Positions 1 to 15,891 of a stretch of 64,000 bases of DNA are shown piece by piece (the first letter of the stretch is position 1; every line of letters begins with the position of its first letter). The position numbers and the translations under genes are program-made. The notes beneath the pieces were generated by a model, which saw only the letters and a program-made list of their open reading frames with translations, ran no database searches and was not told the origin of the DNA. The DNA is from Octopus vulgaris (taxonomy: Eukaryota): NCBI GenBank assembly GCA_951406725.2, contig OX597819.1, forward strand, positions 65,224,001 to 65,288,000. Reading direction: 5' to 3'.

Positions 1-650
1 AAGAAAGTAGTTGGAAAGATCAATCATAAATATCAGGCAGTGACAACGGAAAGGTCTGCTTCAAGGCAGAAAGCAAAACACTAACATTTAAAAGGAACAG
101 GCGAACTTGCGAGCTGAATAAAAATTTTAAAATATTGGAAACCAAAGTTTGAAAGGATAGAATCTGAGGATAGAAGAGTCACCATGGCTGGCATTTCTTA
201 ACGACAGACAGTAACATAATGGCAGTTTAACGGCTGGCGTCAAATTTTGAACTTTATGTAAAACAAAATTCGTAAACACCAAGCTTTGAAGTGATTCTTT
301 CTCAGGACAGTAGACTCACCATGGCAAGCATTCAAAACTTCTTCATCATGGACGGCAGCACATTGACTATTTAAAGGCTGGCGTAAATTTTTAGCTTGAT
401 ATAACAGAGAATTCCCAAACACCCACTCCTGTAAATTTTCATCTCCTTCAAGCCCCATTTAGACATCTTTTCACATTTTGGTTAATATAAACCGATTTCA
501 TTCGGGTCTACTCGGGTCACATTTTATAAGATGAGGAATTTTGTCCTAGAGGTCACGCCTTTCATTTGAGGGAAAAAATAATTGACATGCAAACTCGCCA
601 GCACTTTTAACATAGGGGTGCATATTTTCAGCACAACCGACCACATAATG

Positions 651-736
<86 letters not shown>

Positions 737-761
737 ACGCAATATATATACAAATGTATAC

Positions 762-830
<69 letters not shown>

Positions 831-1379
831 TAAATTAGAGATAAAACCACTATTAGGCAAATCAAACAGTGGAAAACATAAACGAAAAGATAAAAATAAA
901 AATATAATATACAAAATAAATATAATATAAAATTTAAAAATTTAAATTATTTAAATTTAAAATTAAAATTATTAATTTATATTTATTTTTTTAAAAAATA
1001 ATATATATAACTAGCAAAAAGTATTAAAAAGTTTAATATACATATTTAAATATAGAACACACACACACATATAAATTAACCCAATAAATATTTGATTCAT
1101 AATATTTGTTCTCATGATTGTGTAGTTGTGGTGGCGATGATAATTCTGTCTATGAATGCAGACAGACGTAGAGAGAGAGAGTTTGTGCGTGAAAGAGATG
1201 TCGAAGGCGGTGAGGGGGAGCTATAGAGCGCTGTTTTGACGAAGTTATGAAGAGAAAGTGAAGGGGAGTTAGACGCTGTTAAACGACCTTATATATAGAA
1301 AGTGATGGGAAGGGATGGGAAGACAGTGAGTGATGGAGGAAGACAGATACATAAAAGAATGAGAGTAGACTTGTCAAAG

Positions 1380-1563
1380 TGCGTTTTGGGCCCTAGCAAC
1401 CACACCTATTAAGATGGGGATTTCTAACCTAGCCCGCTGGCATCCTCACCTCATTTTACATGTCCCTGTAATAGTTTGGAGTCAATCCGACGGGATCTAG
1501 TGGCCTTTAACCCGTTCTCAATACCAAAACCGGACAAACAAACAAACATTTCGCATTTCAGAT

Positions 1564-1572
<9 letters not shown>
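1380..1572 (+). mobile_element. Helitron/Helentron-like non-autonomous element end
   Basis: AGTTTGGAGTCAATCCGAC...GGACAAACAAACAAACATTTCGCATTT..TTATAATAT resembles HINE/DINE-like termini. Confidence 0.4.
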
Positions 1573-1604
<32 letters not shown>

Positions 1605-2332
1605 CAGAGGCGACTACAGTTCAACGTCGTCACACGCAATCATCACAGATTTCGCAGAAGACACATGTCTGCTCGAACACTTTCACGTTTTTCCGCCTTG
1701 TTTCTAGACCCGAATAGCTTACTTTTTTATATCTAGCACTATGTCGTTCTCCGTTTTTAAGTTAATGATCTTTGCTTACAGAAGCACGGTAGCGGAATGC
1801 ACAATAAACATCAGCGACCTGACTGTCTCATGTACCTTTGACAAGAGACGTGAGTTAATTACTTTTTACCTAATAGGCTCGTTCGTATTAGCCCGAGTTG
1901 CCTGATAAATTTTCGTTCCTTTAAGAATATTGTATAAAGAAACTTTTCATAGATTGGAATGTAAATACTACTATTTATAGAAATATATTGTTTCAAGAAA
2001 ACATTGCATTTTAATTACTTTTAATATTTACGATTATAGATAACAACTGGGGCTGTAACTTCCGAGCCCGAGTCAGGTGCGTGTAAATTATGTCGTGAGA
2101 ACGTGTGCTAGGAATGATATTTTTTGACACAGCTCTTCCAAGACAAGGCTGAACGAAAATAAATGAACCACGAACATGCTCTATCAAAAGAGCCCGAGAC
2201 ATTGTCTGCAATTACATACGTGAAGTCAATGTTTGCAGATATTGAATCAACTTGCGAACATAAGTTCACTTTACTAATTTTTACTCGGGCTAAGATCGAA
2301 CAGACCGTCACTGACATATGTATATGTATATA

Positions 2333-2404
<72 letters not shown>

Positions 2405-2532
2405 GCTGTGTATATATATATAGACATATATAGACATATATATATACATATATATACGTATATATATATAATTTATCTCTCTATCTATTTGTCTATCGCT
2501 CTCTCCTTCTCTGTTTCTCTATTCATACATAT

Positions 2533-2585
<53 letters not shown>

Positions 2586-2739
2586 AATATATATATATAT
2601 ATGTGTATATATATTTATATATATATGTGTATATATATATATATAAGTATATATATATTTATATGAATATAAATATGTATACACACATATATTCGGTGTG
2701 TTTCAATGTATAATTTTTAAAGTTATCCACAGTCTATAG

Positions 2740-2847
<108 letters not shown>

Positions 2848-2856
2848 ACATATATG

Positions 2857-2887
<31 letters not shown>

Positions 2888-3475
2888 AAGTCTAATATAT
2901 CTATATATATGCCTAATAGGTTGAGTTAATCGATTTAAGGTATTGTAAACTGTAGACAAACATGTCTAAAGTTTACAATACCCAAAATCGAGAACTTTTC
3001 TTTATTAAAAGTTAACAAAACATATTAAGTCTAACATATGTCGTGTTGGAAATTGCAATACACACCTTTGTTTGAAATATAGAATTTCCTACATTGTAAT
3101 GGTTATTTCCGTTATTTTGTCCTTGTTACTCAGGGGAAAGAGTCTACTCTGCGAATTCGTCCGTTGCTTTTTATATTATACATACATAACACATGTGTGG
3201 TTATTAGTATGTGTATTTCCTTTTTGCTATATAGAATAATCATAACATAACACCATATATTTGGTAACTTTTGTATATATTTCCAGTGTGAATATCCGTA
3301 ATTCTGTGTTTAAACTATTCATAGATTCTCAGTTAAATTAGGTATGATGTGGAGTCACTGCGGAATATGGATTTCAGGTGTATATATATGTCTAAATACC
3401 ATTTATCTATCTATTCACTTACCTATTCTATCTATTTACCTTCCTGTTTATACAGAATTGCATGTATGTGCGCAT

Positions 3476-3563
<88 letters not shown>

Positions 3564-4682
3564 ACACAAACACATATATGTATATATAAGAAAAATAAGA
3601 GAAGGTAGGGTAGAAAATGCTGAAATACTTATTTCATGAAGTACATTTCAGTACCGGTTTCCGTCCTTTCCACTTTTTTCAATTAAGTGTGAAATAAGCA
3701 AAACAATTGAATTAGTAAAAAAGAAGTAAGGGAAATATTTTGTAGATATTTCCATCGTTTTAAATAAGTAAATATTTCCATAGTCACCAGATAGTTCGTC
3801 TCATTCTATTCATTTGTGAATGCGTCGTAGGTGGGTAGTAATAAATCTGTATTTCATGAAAAAATTATGTTAGCATTTTCTCCCTTGTCTTATTTTCCTC
3901 ATACATATCAAACCGCGGGTTACTTTTGTACCTTCTACGTATATATCTCTATATATCTATATCTATCTATCTATATACATACATACACGCACACATACAC
4001 ACACACATATGTGTGTGTATGTGTTTAGGTATATGTAGGTATTTATATATTTATGTAGGTAGGTATTTACATATATACGTAAACATATATGACCAATTAT
4101 ATAGGCAATAATATTATACAGATGCCTTATTACAGGGGTAAGTATTATCTATACACGCATTGTTTTTTAATTATTTATATTTAAATATGTATGTGCATTT
4201 CATCGACATTGAAGTAGTACATGTAACGGCGGCTATAGTTGGAACGACCTTAACCACAGTAGGAGTTCCTGATGGCCTCACAGGTAGTCAACTAAAGGTA
4301 TATGAAGAGGCTTTTTGCTAAGCCACTTCGGAGTTTCACTGCAAGTGACACATATCCTATAAAGCGTAGAGAATTTATTATATGCCTTGTCTAAAATGGT
4401 GAGTGAGGAACAGAGCCTGAAATATACAGCGCATTCTCTCTGACTTTAAATATCATTCAAGTCAATGAAAGAAACTGATAAATTATCTAGAAAAAATCAC
4501 CCAGAAAGGATGAAAGGCATAGTTAACCAGTTAATGCCGTTGTGCATTTTGCACAGGAAGCTAACACTACTGCCACTTACCGTCTTAAGTTTGTATGTAT
4601 ATCAATACATATAAAACACATACACACACACACAAACGCAAACACACACACACACTCAAATATACGTATATACATATATGCG

Positions 4683-4722
<40 letters not shown>

Positions 4723-4725
4723 TAC

Positions 4726-4885
4726 AACAGGCTTCTTTCAGTTTCTGTCAACCAAATCCAATCACAAGGCATTTGTCGGCCCGGGGCTATAGCAGAAGAC
4801 ACTTGCTCTAGATGCCACGCAGTGGGACTGAACCCGGAACCATGTGGTTGGTTAGCAAGCTACTTACCACACAGCCACTCCTGCG

Positions 4886-4887
<2 letters not shown>
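4726..4887 (-). mobile_element. SINE family A, 5' half (other partial copies near 11862-11990, 22213-22340, 22615-22665, 27380-27475, 31990-32088, 45400-45595, 46830-46990, 50680-50850, 60111-60302, 61765-61965)
   Basis: GCAGTGGGACTGAACCCGGAACCATGTGGTTGGTTAGCAAGCTACTTACCACACAGCCACTCCTGCGCC. Confidence 0.8.
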
Positions 4888-4957
<70 letters not shown>

Positions 4958-5420
4958 TACTTATATATATATATATATATATATATTTTATATATATATA
5001 ATTGTGTGGGCATGTGTGTGCGCGCGCATGTCAATGTATGCGTTCTTATATGTAGACGCATGTATATGCATATATAGAACTTCATTGTCAAAGAACGAAT
5101 TTTTTTGAGGTAACCATTTTCTTATCAATTCCATCATTTTGAATTAATCTTTGCTCAAATCAGTAGTGTCAAAACACAAGATGGCAGCCATATTTTTCTG
5201 ACTATTTTTTCACTGGTTGAATTCTACAATGAAAAATAATTACATCAAAACAAACATTAGTTTACATAAAAGAGACATCTCTATATTCGAAAGATTGAAC
5301 AAAAAAAAAAGAAAGAAAATAAGAAAAAACGAGCAAAGTAAAAATATAATTGTAAAAAAAGTCTCTCCATCATTGTAATAAGTATAAAGGAAATTACTTC
5401 TAAAATAATATATATATATG

Positions 5421-5523
<103 letters not shown>

Positions 5524-5635
5524 ATATATATATATGCATCTATATATGTGCATATATGTGTGTATATATACAAACATACATAGATACATATATACATATT
5601 CTTCTGTATATACATATATAAATAAGCACACAAGA

Positions 5636-5667
<32 letters not shown>

Positions 5668-5838
5668 GCATATACTTGTGTGAATGTGTGTGCACGCGCT
5701 TCTGTGTGTGCACGCACTTCTGTGTGTGTGTACGACAGAAAGAAATTGGTAGAAAGACAAATTGATTGCCGTATGAAAATCACCGTACGAATGAGGGAGG
5801 GAGATATTCAGTGAGAGGGAGTGAGTGGGAGAGCGAGG

Positions 5839-5869
<31 letters not shown>

Positions 5870-6341
5870 TTAGACAGGGGTATCAAAGAGGCGGTGAGGG
5901 ATAGTGATGTGATGTTGTGTCGTTTTATTTCGTATGCTTAAATACGTAAACATTGCGCACAGACAGATTGTTCCGTACAGGATAGAAAATAATATTTACA
6001 TCCTGACAAAGATATGTTTCTCGATGATATTCGAAAAACGACTTCATTTGAAATTGTCATAAACGAAAGAAAAAAAAAATACTGCTTACGTTTTTTAATT
6101 TTATGTTATTTTTTCCTTCATGTTCTGTGTCTAATTTTACTTATAAATTAGATGACAATAGACTCATGTCAGAACAGAGAAATATTAAAAAAATACAATA
6201 GCTCCCATACATCCGTAGGTGGGTATACTTCAGTGCAGTTGTTTGTGTTCGAGGGTGAGATGCCGGTGCGTCATGTCCGTCTCATAATCTGTACTCACAC
6301 ATAAATGTATACTTGTAATGCATGCATACATACATACCTAC

Positions 6342-6473
6342 ATAAATGTTTACCTCTCTACCTTGCTCTCAATAACTCTCTGTATACACACACACAGATA
6401 TATATATATATATATATCTGTGTGTGTGTATACAGAGAGATATTGAGAGCAAGGTAGAGAGGTAAACATTTAT
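6342..6473. repeat. 132-bp near-perfect palindrome centred on (AT)n
   Basis: ATAAATGTTTACCTCTCTACCTTGCTCTCAAT... / ...ATTGAGAGCAAGGTAGAGAGGTAAACATTTAT, one mismatch seen. Confidence 0.9.
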
Positions 6474-6556
6474 AGCTTGTTAATTCTTTTACGATCTATC
6501 AATCTGTCAACCTTTTTTTCATATTCTACCTTTTTTTCTCTATATATACATATGTG

Positions 6557-6603
<47 letters not shown>

Positions 6604-6787
6604 TTTAATACTTTGGTACTTTGATAGGTTTCGGCCATTATTGGCCCAGGCCATGTCTAAATATATACATATATAAATGAATATACATATACACACAGAT
6701 ACATGTATATATACATACATACATCTATATATGTATACATGCATATATATAAACATGGATAATTGTACAGATATATATATATTTAAA

Positions 6788-7192
6788 GGCGCAGGAGTGG
6801 CTGTGTGGTAAGTAGCTTCCTAACCAACTATATGGTTCCGGGTTCAGTCCCACTGCGTGGCATCTTGGGCAAGTGTCTTCGGGCCGACCAAATCATTGTG
6901 AGTGGATTTGGTAGACAGAAACTGAAAGAAGCCTGTCGTATATATGTAAATAATATATATGTGTGTGTGTGTATGTGTTTGCGTGTATGTGTTTGTCCCC
7001 CTAGCATTGCTTGACAACCGATGCTGGTGTGTTTACGTCCCCGTCACTTAGCGGTTCGGCAAAAGAGACCGATATAATAAGTACTAGGCTTACAAAGAAT
7101 AAGTCCCGGAGTCGATTTGCTCGACTAAAGGCGGTGCTCCAGAATGACCGCAGTCAAATGACTGAAAGAAGCAATAGAGTAAAGAGTAAAAG
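6788..7192 (+). mobile_element. SINE family A, near full length
   Basis: Matches 41802-42205. Confidence 0.85.
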
Positions 7193-7272
7193 ATATATAT
7201 ATATATATATATATTGTATATGCACGTATTACTAACTATTATCTATGTACTGAAGTCTCTTTCACTCTCTCT

Positions 7273-7680
7273 CGGGTTCAATGTCACTGCGTGGTACCTT
7301 GAGCAAGTCTTTTCAACTATAGCCTCGGTCCGACCAAAGCCTTCTGGGTGGATTTGGTAGACGGAAACTGTAAGAAGCTCGTCGTTTATATGCATATACA
7401 TATATGTGCGAGTGTGTGTTTGTGTGTGTGTGTGTGTGTGCATGTGTGTGTGTGTGAATGTTTGTATGTCTGTGTTTGTCTCCTCACTATTGCTTGACAA
7501 CCGATGTTGGCGTGATCACTCCAAAGCCCATTACTAACCAGTTCGGCAAAAGAGACCGATAGAATAAGTACTATGCTTACAAAGAGTAAGTACTGATGTC
7601 GATTCGTTAGACTAAAAGCTGTGCTCCAGCATGGCCGTAGTGAGATAACTGAAGCAAATAAAATAATAAAAAGACAAAAG
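7273..7680 (+). mobile_element. SINE family A, 5' truncated
   Basis: Matches 41802-42205 from the B box onward. Confidence 0.8.
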
Positions 7681-7720
7681 GAATTTTGTTAACATCTTCC
7701 TTCGACTCCATTCTTTCATT

Positions 7721-7764
<44 letters not shown>

Positions 7765-8455
7765 CGTGTGTGTGTGTCTGTGTATGTGTTTGTTTATGAA
7801 TGTGTGTACGTGAGTGTGCGTGCGCCTGCGTGTGTATGTGTGTGTGTATGTCCGTGTGTGTTTAGAAACACATCTGAGAAGTTTATCTTTTTCATTGGAG
7901 ATTCTGAATGATAGCATCTTATTCAAACTTACCTATCATTCATGTGATGGTAACTCTCCCTATTTGAAACTCCATCCAACCGCTCCACTGCGATTTTAGA
8001 CTTGCGCTACAGCACGGCCATGAACTTACTTTCCTTAATGTATTCCTTAATCTATTCTTCCTCACCACCACCACCAACAACAATAAAACAACCACTACCA
8101 CCGCCACCACAACCACCAACGCCACCAACAACAACTCAACCACAACCACCACTAACATTTTACAACTTGTGTTGGCTTTTTGCGTCCCCGTAGCAAAGCG
8201 GACTGTTCGACTAAAACCCTTGGAGAGCTACTCTTCCAATATGGCTTTGTTCCAACGACAAAAGGAAATAAAAAATCAAAAGATACGAGAGAATTTGATC
8301 ACCATAATGACTTAAATGGCAGTGACGATTGTGTCCCTTCTACCACTGAGTCGAGTGATGTGGTGACGATGGTCAACGATGGTCAATAACTAAGATCAAA
8401 ACGTATATATGATGGCATATCGATCTTCTGTCCTTTAGTTGATTTCTATTACATC

Positions 8456-9372
<917 letters not shown>

Positions 9373-11126
9373 AGCACGGTTAATTAATTTTTTTCTTGCT
9401 TTTGTCTATTTTATCTGCCTTATTTTTATCCGCCTACTAATTATTTTTTACGCATTTTTTTCTTAAGTAGTTACAAATATATTTCTTTGAAAATCCTCCA
9501 AAACATCTACAACAACAGAAGCTGCAGCACAACCATTACCTCTACCATCACAACTAAAAAAAAGGCAATAACAACGCCAGTAGATATAGCATCATCAAAA
9601 AATAACATAATCTATATTAATACAACAAATAGATGTTGGAAATCGGCATATTTTGTGAAGAACATTTAGAATTTATCAATTCGCTTTTCTATGAATTTCT
9701 TTCAATGACTGTTTTGTAATATCGTTTTTATATTCTGCTTTTTTTTCTTGAATTGCTATTTTTATTTTTTACAAGACTTGAGTACCACATTGATAAATCT
9801 ATAAAATAATCTGTGAATAATAAACTAAAAGCATGAATCTTGTATTGATATGAGATTTGAAAACATTTAGTATGAAACTACAACAGTGCTACGATTTGGT
9901 GGATTTACAAATATATCTTTGCGTAATTTGCTGCATCTCTCTCCGTTCTATTTTGAAAGCCAAGCATTTAGAACTTTTGGGGTACGTTAAAATGATACTA
10001 TCCATTTACACGATTCTGTGAGATCTAGAATACGTTTCCATGAATATGAGCTGCTGTGTCAGTATTGGAAATCATTGTTGATAAACTGAAATGTTTGTCG
10101 AAAATAATTTAGGTTCCATTTTGGTTACACTTAAAATCTGCGATTTTATCGAATCAAAATTGGAAAGACATTTGAAAGGATTCTGTATTTTATTTTGAAA
10201 TAATTTCTATATAGTTCTGATACGTATATTGAGAAAACATCCACTATATTTCTTTTAACAAACTATCTACATTTGAGGCAAAACGGGAAGGAAAAAAAAA
10301 GAGAGTTTATTCATAGGATATTTTTCAGTTAAATTCATTCCTCAGATATTTACAGAATCATTAATTCTTTAACAAATATTGTAATTAGATCTGATAGATA
10401 TCTAAGCAGAAATTTTATCTACATTAAATGGTATCGTTTTATATTTATCGTAAACAAGAAAGTGAAGGAACGAACTGGAGAGAGAATTTAGTAAATTCTT
10501 TCGCAGACAGAGAGAAATGAAAAGATATGTCATTCTAGAATGAATCTTATAAAACCATTTTTACAGTTGCTATTCTTGTCGCTGTTTTTATTTTTTATAT
10601 TAACTGGCATATTCATTAGAAGGCCCGATAAAATGCGACATATCATCCATTACACTTTGAATCCAAATTACGTCGTGGTCGACTCTGCTTTTCATCTTTT
10701 CACGCTTTTGAGCACTGTTGTCAATGTAATCGACTAGCAATGACTCCTGGAATAACGGGTCTTTTCCCTAAATTAGAAAGGATGCTACAGTTGTCTTATA
10801 TTTTCTTACATTTTTCTGCCAATTGAAGACTGATGGTTTAGGTTTGAAAAATGCTATTTAACACGTGACTACCTTCCTCGTCTGTATATATTTCTGCATC
10901 GAATACAAAGTGTTGTTATATATAACAATATGAAATCCATCTGAGAGACATTGCGGGCGTCAGATTTATTACTAATTGCTAATCGACCCGATTCACTGGG
11001 ATCAAGATTCACCGGCGTCAATATTGTATTCCATCGTTTCGTTGTAGGTAAACAAATAGTCCTGAAGTAGGGTAGATCCTTATTTCTTTTCTTGTATGTT
11101 TATATCAAGCTCGCATTTTCTCAAAC

Positions 11127-11209
<83 letters not shown>

Positions 11210-11984
11210 TCTTTTAGCCGCGTTCTTTCTTACATTGTTTGTTTCTTTCATTCTTTCCTTTCAATCTTTCCACTTTGTTTATTTGTTTCTTTCTGCCTTT
11301 ATTTATTTATTTCTCATTTTCAGGAAGAAAAACAAACACACTTGAGTATTTCGACCACGAATGGAACGAGTTTCACCCTGCCTAAATTACTTCCAAACAC
11401 ACGGTGTAGCATAAGATCTGTCTCCTTTGATCTCACCGAGAATTTAAAGTTTAGGTTGTGACATATCTTCGTAATGTGTAATATTCATATCTTAGATTGA
11501 ATAATGGGATTCGAAAATGGTTTGGATGCAGTCAGCAATGGAGCGAAGAAGCTCTTAGTGAATTGTTGCTTTCAACTGGTAATAGTGTCCTTACTGCAAT
11601 ATTTATAGAAAACTGACTGAATTGTTAGCACGCCGGGCAAATTACTTAGTAACATTTCTTCAGACTTCACATCCTCAATTCCAATTATGCTGATGTCGAC
11701 TTTGCCATCCATCTCTTCGGAATCGGTAACATGTATTCCATTTGAGCCCTGGAATTGGTGAAATCGACTTACACTTACCCTAAAACTGCTAACATTTGAA
11801 ACCAATATAACAAGGTGGCAAAGTTACATTTAGTATGACAATTAAATCAATATATAAGATGCAGTTGTGGCTGTGTGATAAGTAGCTTGTTTACAAACCA
11901 CCCGGTTCGGAGTTCAGTTCCACTGCGTGAAGATCAAAGCCTTGCGAGTGGATTTGGTAGACGGAAACTAAAAGAATCCCGGCG

Positions 11985-12015
<31 letters not shown>

Positions 12016-12099
12016 TTAAAAATTAAGGGTAAAAATTGATATTAGTCAATTAAAACCAGTGGTCTAGCACATTAAAAAGAATCCGAAGATTAAAATATT

Positions 12100-12505
12100 T
12101 ATATATACCAATTAAGGACTGAACACGAAAAAGTGGACAGTCAACATGCTAGATATAGACGTCAAATCGCCATTCTCCACAAAGATTTTGTTCTCAAATA
12201 AAAATAAAATTCAGCACGACCTAAAGCAATGGATGAGACAAAAGAAATATACGAAATGGAATAATCACCTACGTACCGTACAGTTTCAGCTATTAATATC
12301 ACAAGGATACCTGTAGCTTCGTCAGCGTAGTTTGTTATGAGAATAATCTGTTGTACTAGATGAAAAAACGGTACCGGAGTCCCGCATGCAAAAAGTACGA
12401 CCTATTACTTTCGGATGTATCTTTCAAAATCTTTGTGGAGAATGGCGATTTGACGTCTATATCTAGCATGTTGACTGTCCACTTTTTCGTGTTCAGTCCT
12501 TAATT

Positions 12506-12515
<10 letters not shown>
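12100..12515. mobile_element. Foldback element with ~90-bp perfect inverted arms enclosing a hammerhead
   Basis: 12100-12190 is the reverse complement of 12425-12515. The right end runs into (TA)n. Confidence 0.8.
12269..12330 (-). ncRNA. Minimal type I hammerhead ribozyme
   Basis: CUACG-CUGACGA-AGCUA...UAGCU-GAAAC-UGUACG-GUA|CGUAG. Stems I and II pair perfectly and the core is intact. Confidence 0.8.
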
Positions 12516-12542
<27 letters not shown>

Positions 12543-12546
<4 letters not shown>

Positions 12547-12785
12547 TTATACATAGTAGGTCTTACAGCCGTTTCCAGGATATTTATAATATCCCTTCTC
12601 CGGAGACGGTGTGAGAGGATGGTTGAGTAATAGTTAAATCTATTTTCTTTCCTCCACCTCACTCTCTATTTTGTAACTTATGTAAATTAACTAGTACTTA
12701 ACCATCCTCTCACACTGTCTACGATGAAGGGATAAATTATATATATATCGTGGAAACAGCTGTATGACCTTCTATATATAAATGT
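12543..12785. mobile_element. Diverged foldback pair, each arm with a degenerate hammerhead (12560-12607 minus, 12717-12768 plus)
   Basis: Minus copy GUCU-CCGGAGA-AGGGAUA...UAUCCUG-GAAAC-GGCU-GUA-AGAC; plus copy GUCU-ACGAUGA-AGGGAUA...GAAACAGCUGUA-UGAC. Confidence 0.6.
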
Positions 12786-14124
12786 TCTAAAATCTGCACA
12801 TCCTTGTTTTTTTATATCACTACGAAAAAAACAATTTTTATTTTATACACACGCTGATATATGACCAATGTTGAACCCCTTATACGCATAATCACCGAAC
12901 CTGGAACTTAATTATGGTCTATCTATTGCACTTATTCAGCATTATCTGACACCTTTGGGTCTCAATGACACCATTATCTCTCATAACCTATATATATATA
13001 TATATACTCATAAATGCGTACAATACATACATACATTTCATACGTATAAACATATATATTAGCAGATCACCCATGCATTGTCTTTACAGCTTGCCATTTT
13101 ATAGAAAATTCTATAGGTAAAATATGGGCATACTATGTATATTTTGTCATATAAAAATGTACACATTTATTATTGTTAAGTCGGGATAGCAGGCTGCCAA
13201 ATCTGATCTGATGTGGAGCAGCTGCAACATACATCAGCAATCTAATCCTTAGACCCCTTTCAGAAAAAGACAATGTTTTATTAGTGAAGCTTCATTGAAT
13301 GTCATACAAGAAAGTAATCAAACAGTATTCATTATATATTTGGCTCCGGGCCATTTGTGGAAGGAACACTATACATTACATCCTTCTCTCCCTCTTTAGA
13401 TATATATACGCATGCATGTACATAAATATATATGTATATATATATATTGAGCGTGAATGTTTGTGTGGGGATATGAATGCGTGCGTGCATGCATATGTTT
13501 GTCTGTGCGTATATTAATTAATATCGATTGATTGCATTATTAACATCAAAGAATAATGATATCTATTATATGCGTTCAGTAAAAATTTTCTCCCGTGTGC
13601 ATCCAAAAGTAGGCATGCATACAATGTAATCCATAAAATCATGTGATCGTGTGCGCGCTTGTTTATGTGTTTTGCAAGAGAATGTTAAAATAAACCTATT
13701 CAATAATAGCCGGTTTCTTATTGCTTTCTGCATGCAGAATATACTGCTGCCCCCTGTAGTTTCCCAATACAAAACATTTCGAAAAGGGAATCACGTCAGA
13801 GGTCATTCACTAAAAGAATTACGGACATGAGTGATCTTAATTATTGGGACCGTTTAAAAACATTGAAACTCTATAATTTCCAGCACTGCTGTGAGCGATG
13901 CATCATTTGCACAATGTGGAGAATATGTCACCAGAATTGTCCAAATGACTTCAACATTAGCTTCAGATTCAACCAAGGCTAGGACCACGAGCCATAAGTC
14001 CCCTATCCAATTCAGGAACACAACACAGAAATACACAGCAACATAATTTTCCTCAACAGGCTCTGCCCTATTTAGCATTATACTGAAACAGAAGAAAGTG
14101 AAAAGGATCCCATTACTTTTAAAC

Positions 14125-14377
14125 AGAGTTCAATTCCCGGCGCCGCGTTGTGTCCTTGAGCAAGACACTTTATTTCACGTTGCTTCAGTTCACTCAGCTG
14201 GCAAAAATGAGTTGTACCTGTATTTCAAAGGGCCGGCCTTGTCACACTCTGTGTCACGATGATTCTTCCTGAGAACAACGTTAAGGGTACACGTGTCTGT
14301 GGATTGCTCAGTCACTTGCAAGCTGTTCCGTTGATTGTATCAGCTGAGACTGTCACCGTCGTAACCGACAGAGGGCT

Positions 14378-14378
<1 letters not shown>
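14125..14378 (+). mobile_element. SINE family B, 5' truncated
   Basis: Matches 59830-60100. Confidence 0.8.
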
Positions 14379-14463
<85 letters not shown>

Positions 14464-14549
14464 TATATGTATATATGTATATATGTATATATGTATGTAT
14501 GTATATATGTATATATGTATGTATATATGTATATATGTATATATGTATG

Positions 14550-14610
<61 letters not shown>

Positions 14611-15486
14611 GCATAAACGTACATACATCCATAACTCGATACGCAGTGTTACTAACAGTTCAACGACAGATGTGTACATTCATTTTTAAACATGCTGCTG
14701 TAGTTTTGAACTTAAGATGCCGTTGGTGTGGGAGATTTCAGTGACACAAGCAAACTCTTTGTCTTCATAGGTATTGTTTGGAAAGTAACAAAAACGCAAC
14801 CTCTATATCACTCATCATGAGGTATGATTAAGCTGGTCCGTCGATCACTTGAAGCTAAGCCGAAGCATTTGTTCATAAACTTAGAAATAGCTGCAAATAT
14901 ATTCCTTACAGAGTGCGGAGGATTGCATTTCTGCAATTCATTTCGTGTAAGCACAGATAGCAAGGAATATCAAAATAAAAGTTCCTACATTTACGAAGGA
15001 CATTCACTCATTGATTTTATCTCCGATAAATACTTTTGTTTATAGACTTCGTGAGTAAAATGAAATCGAAGCTCGGTCCAAATAATTTCAGCAGTCTAGC
15101 AGTTACTCACGTTGTTGATGATTCGGGTTCTCCATTGGCAGATAACTCCTCGTTCATTTGGTACTAAACAGCAACATTTGTCCTACTTTCTAGAAAATAG
15201 CGTATCGCTCTATCAGCCTGTTACGCTATTTCTATTTCTCCCAGTATATCTTTATGTCTATAAAGAGGGAACGCCTCTCCGTGGATAATCCTCACTAATA
15301 ACACCTCTCTTACTCTTTCTTCTTTCTAATTACATGTCTTCCAAATGAGGAAAGCTGTCCCTATATTGAATCTCCTGTGTTCAAAAGATGCATAAATAAA
15401 TATATTTGTTTTTTTTTGTGTGTTTGAACATACATAAATATATATATCTGTGTATTAAATTATGCACATATGTATGTATTGAAGTA

Positions 15487-15649
15487 GGTACAGGCGGAGT
15501 TGTGTGGTAGGAAGTTTGCTTTCCAACCACATGATTACGGGTTCAGTTCCGCTGCGTGGCAACTTGGGCAAGTGTCTTCTGCTAGAGCAACAGGCCGACC
15601 AAAGCCGTGTGAGTGAATTTGGTAGACGGAAACTTAAAGATCCCCGTCG

Positions 15650-15692
<43 letters not shown>

Positions 15693-15891
15693 TTATTTAT
15701 CTATTTGTTTGTGTTTGTTCCCCTACCATCGCTTGACAACCGATGTCGGTGTGTTTACGCCCCACTCGTAACTTAGCATAACTTAGCTGTTCGGCAAAAA
15801 ATAACGATGGAATAAGTACTGGGCTTTCAAAGAATAAGTCCTGGGGTTGATTTGTTCGGCCTAAGTGCGGTCAAAGGACTGGAACAAGTAT
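15487..15891 (+). mobile_element. SINE family A, diverged
   Basis: GGTTCAGTTCCGCTGCGTGGC...GGTAGACGGAAACT...GCTTGACAACCGATG. Confidence 0.8.

Noticed and set aside
178-395. Short internal duplication and 72-aa ORF at the window start
   Set aside because: Probably a TE remnant cut by the window edge; no diagnostic motif.
2931-3692. 60-bp hairpin at 2931-2990 and GAAACCGGTA-type motif near 3646-3692 (similar remnants near 6620, 52020 and 62795)
   Set aside because: Possibly very decayed hammerheads, but the CUGANGA box is not recognisable.
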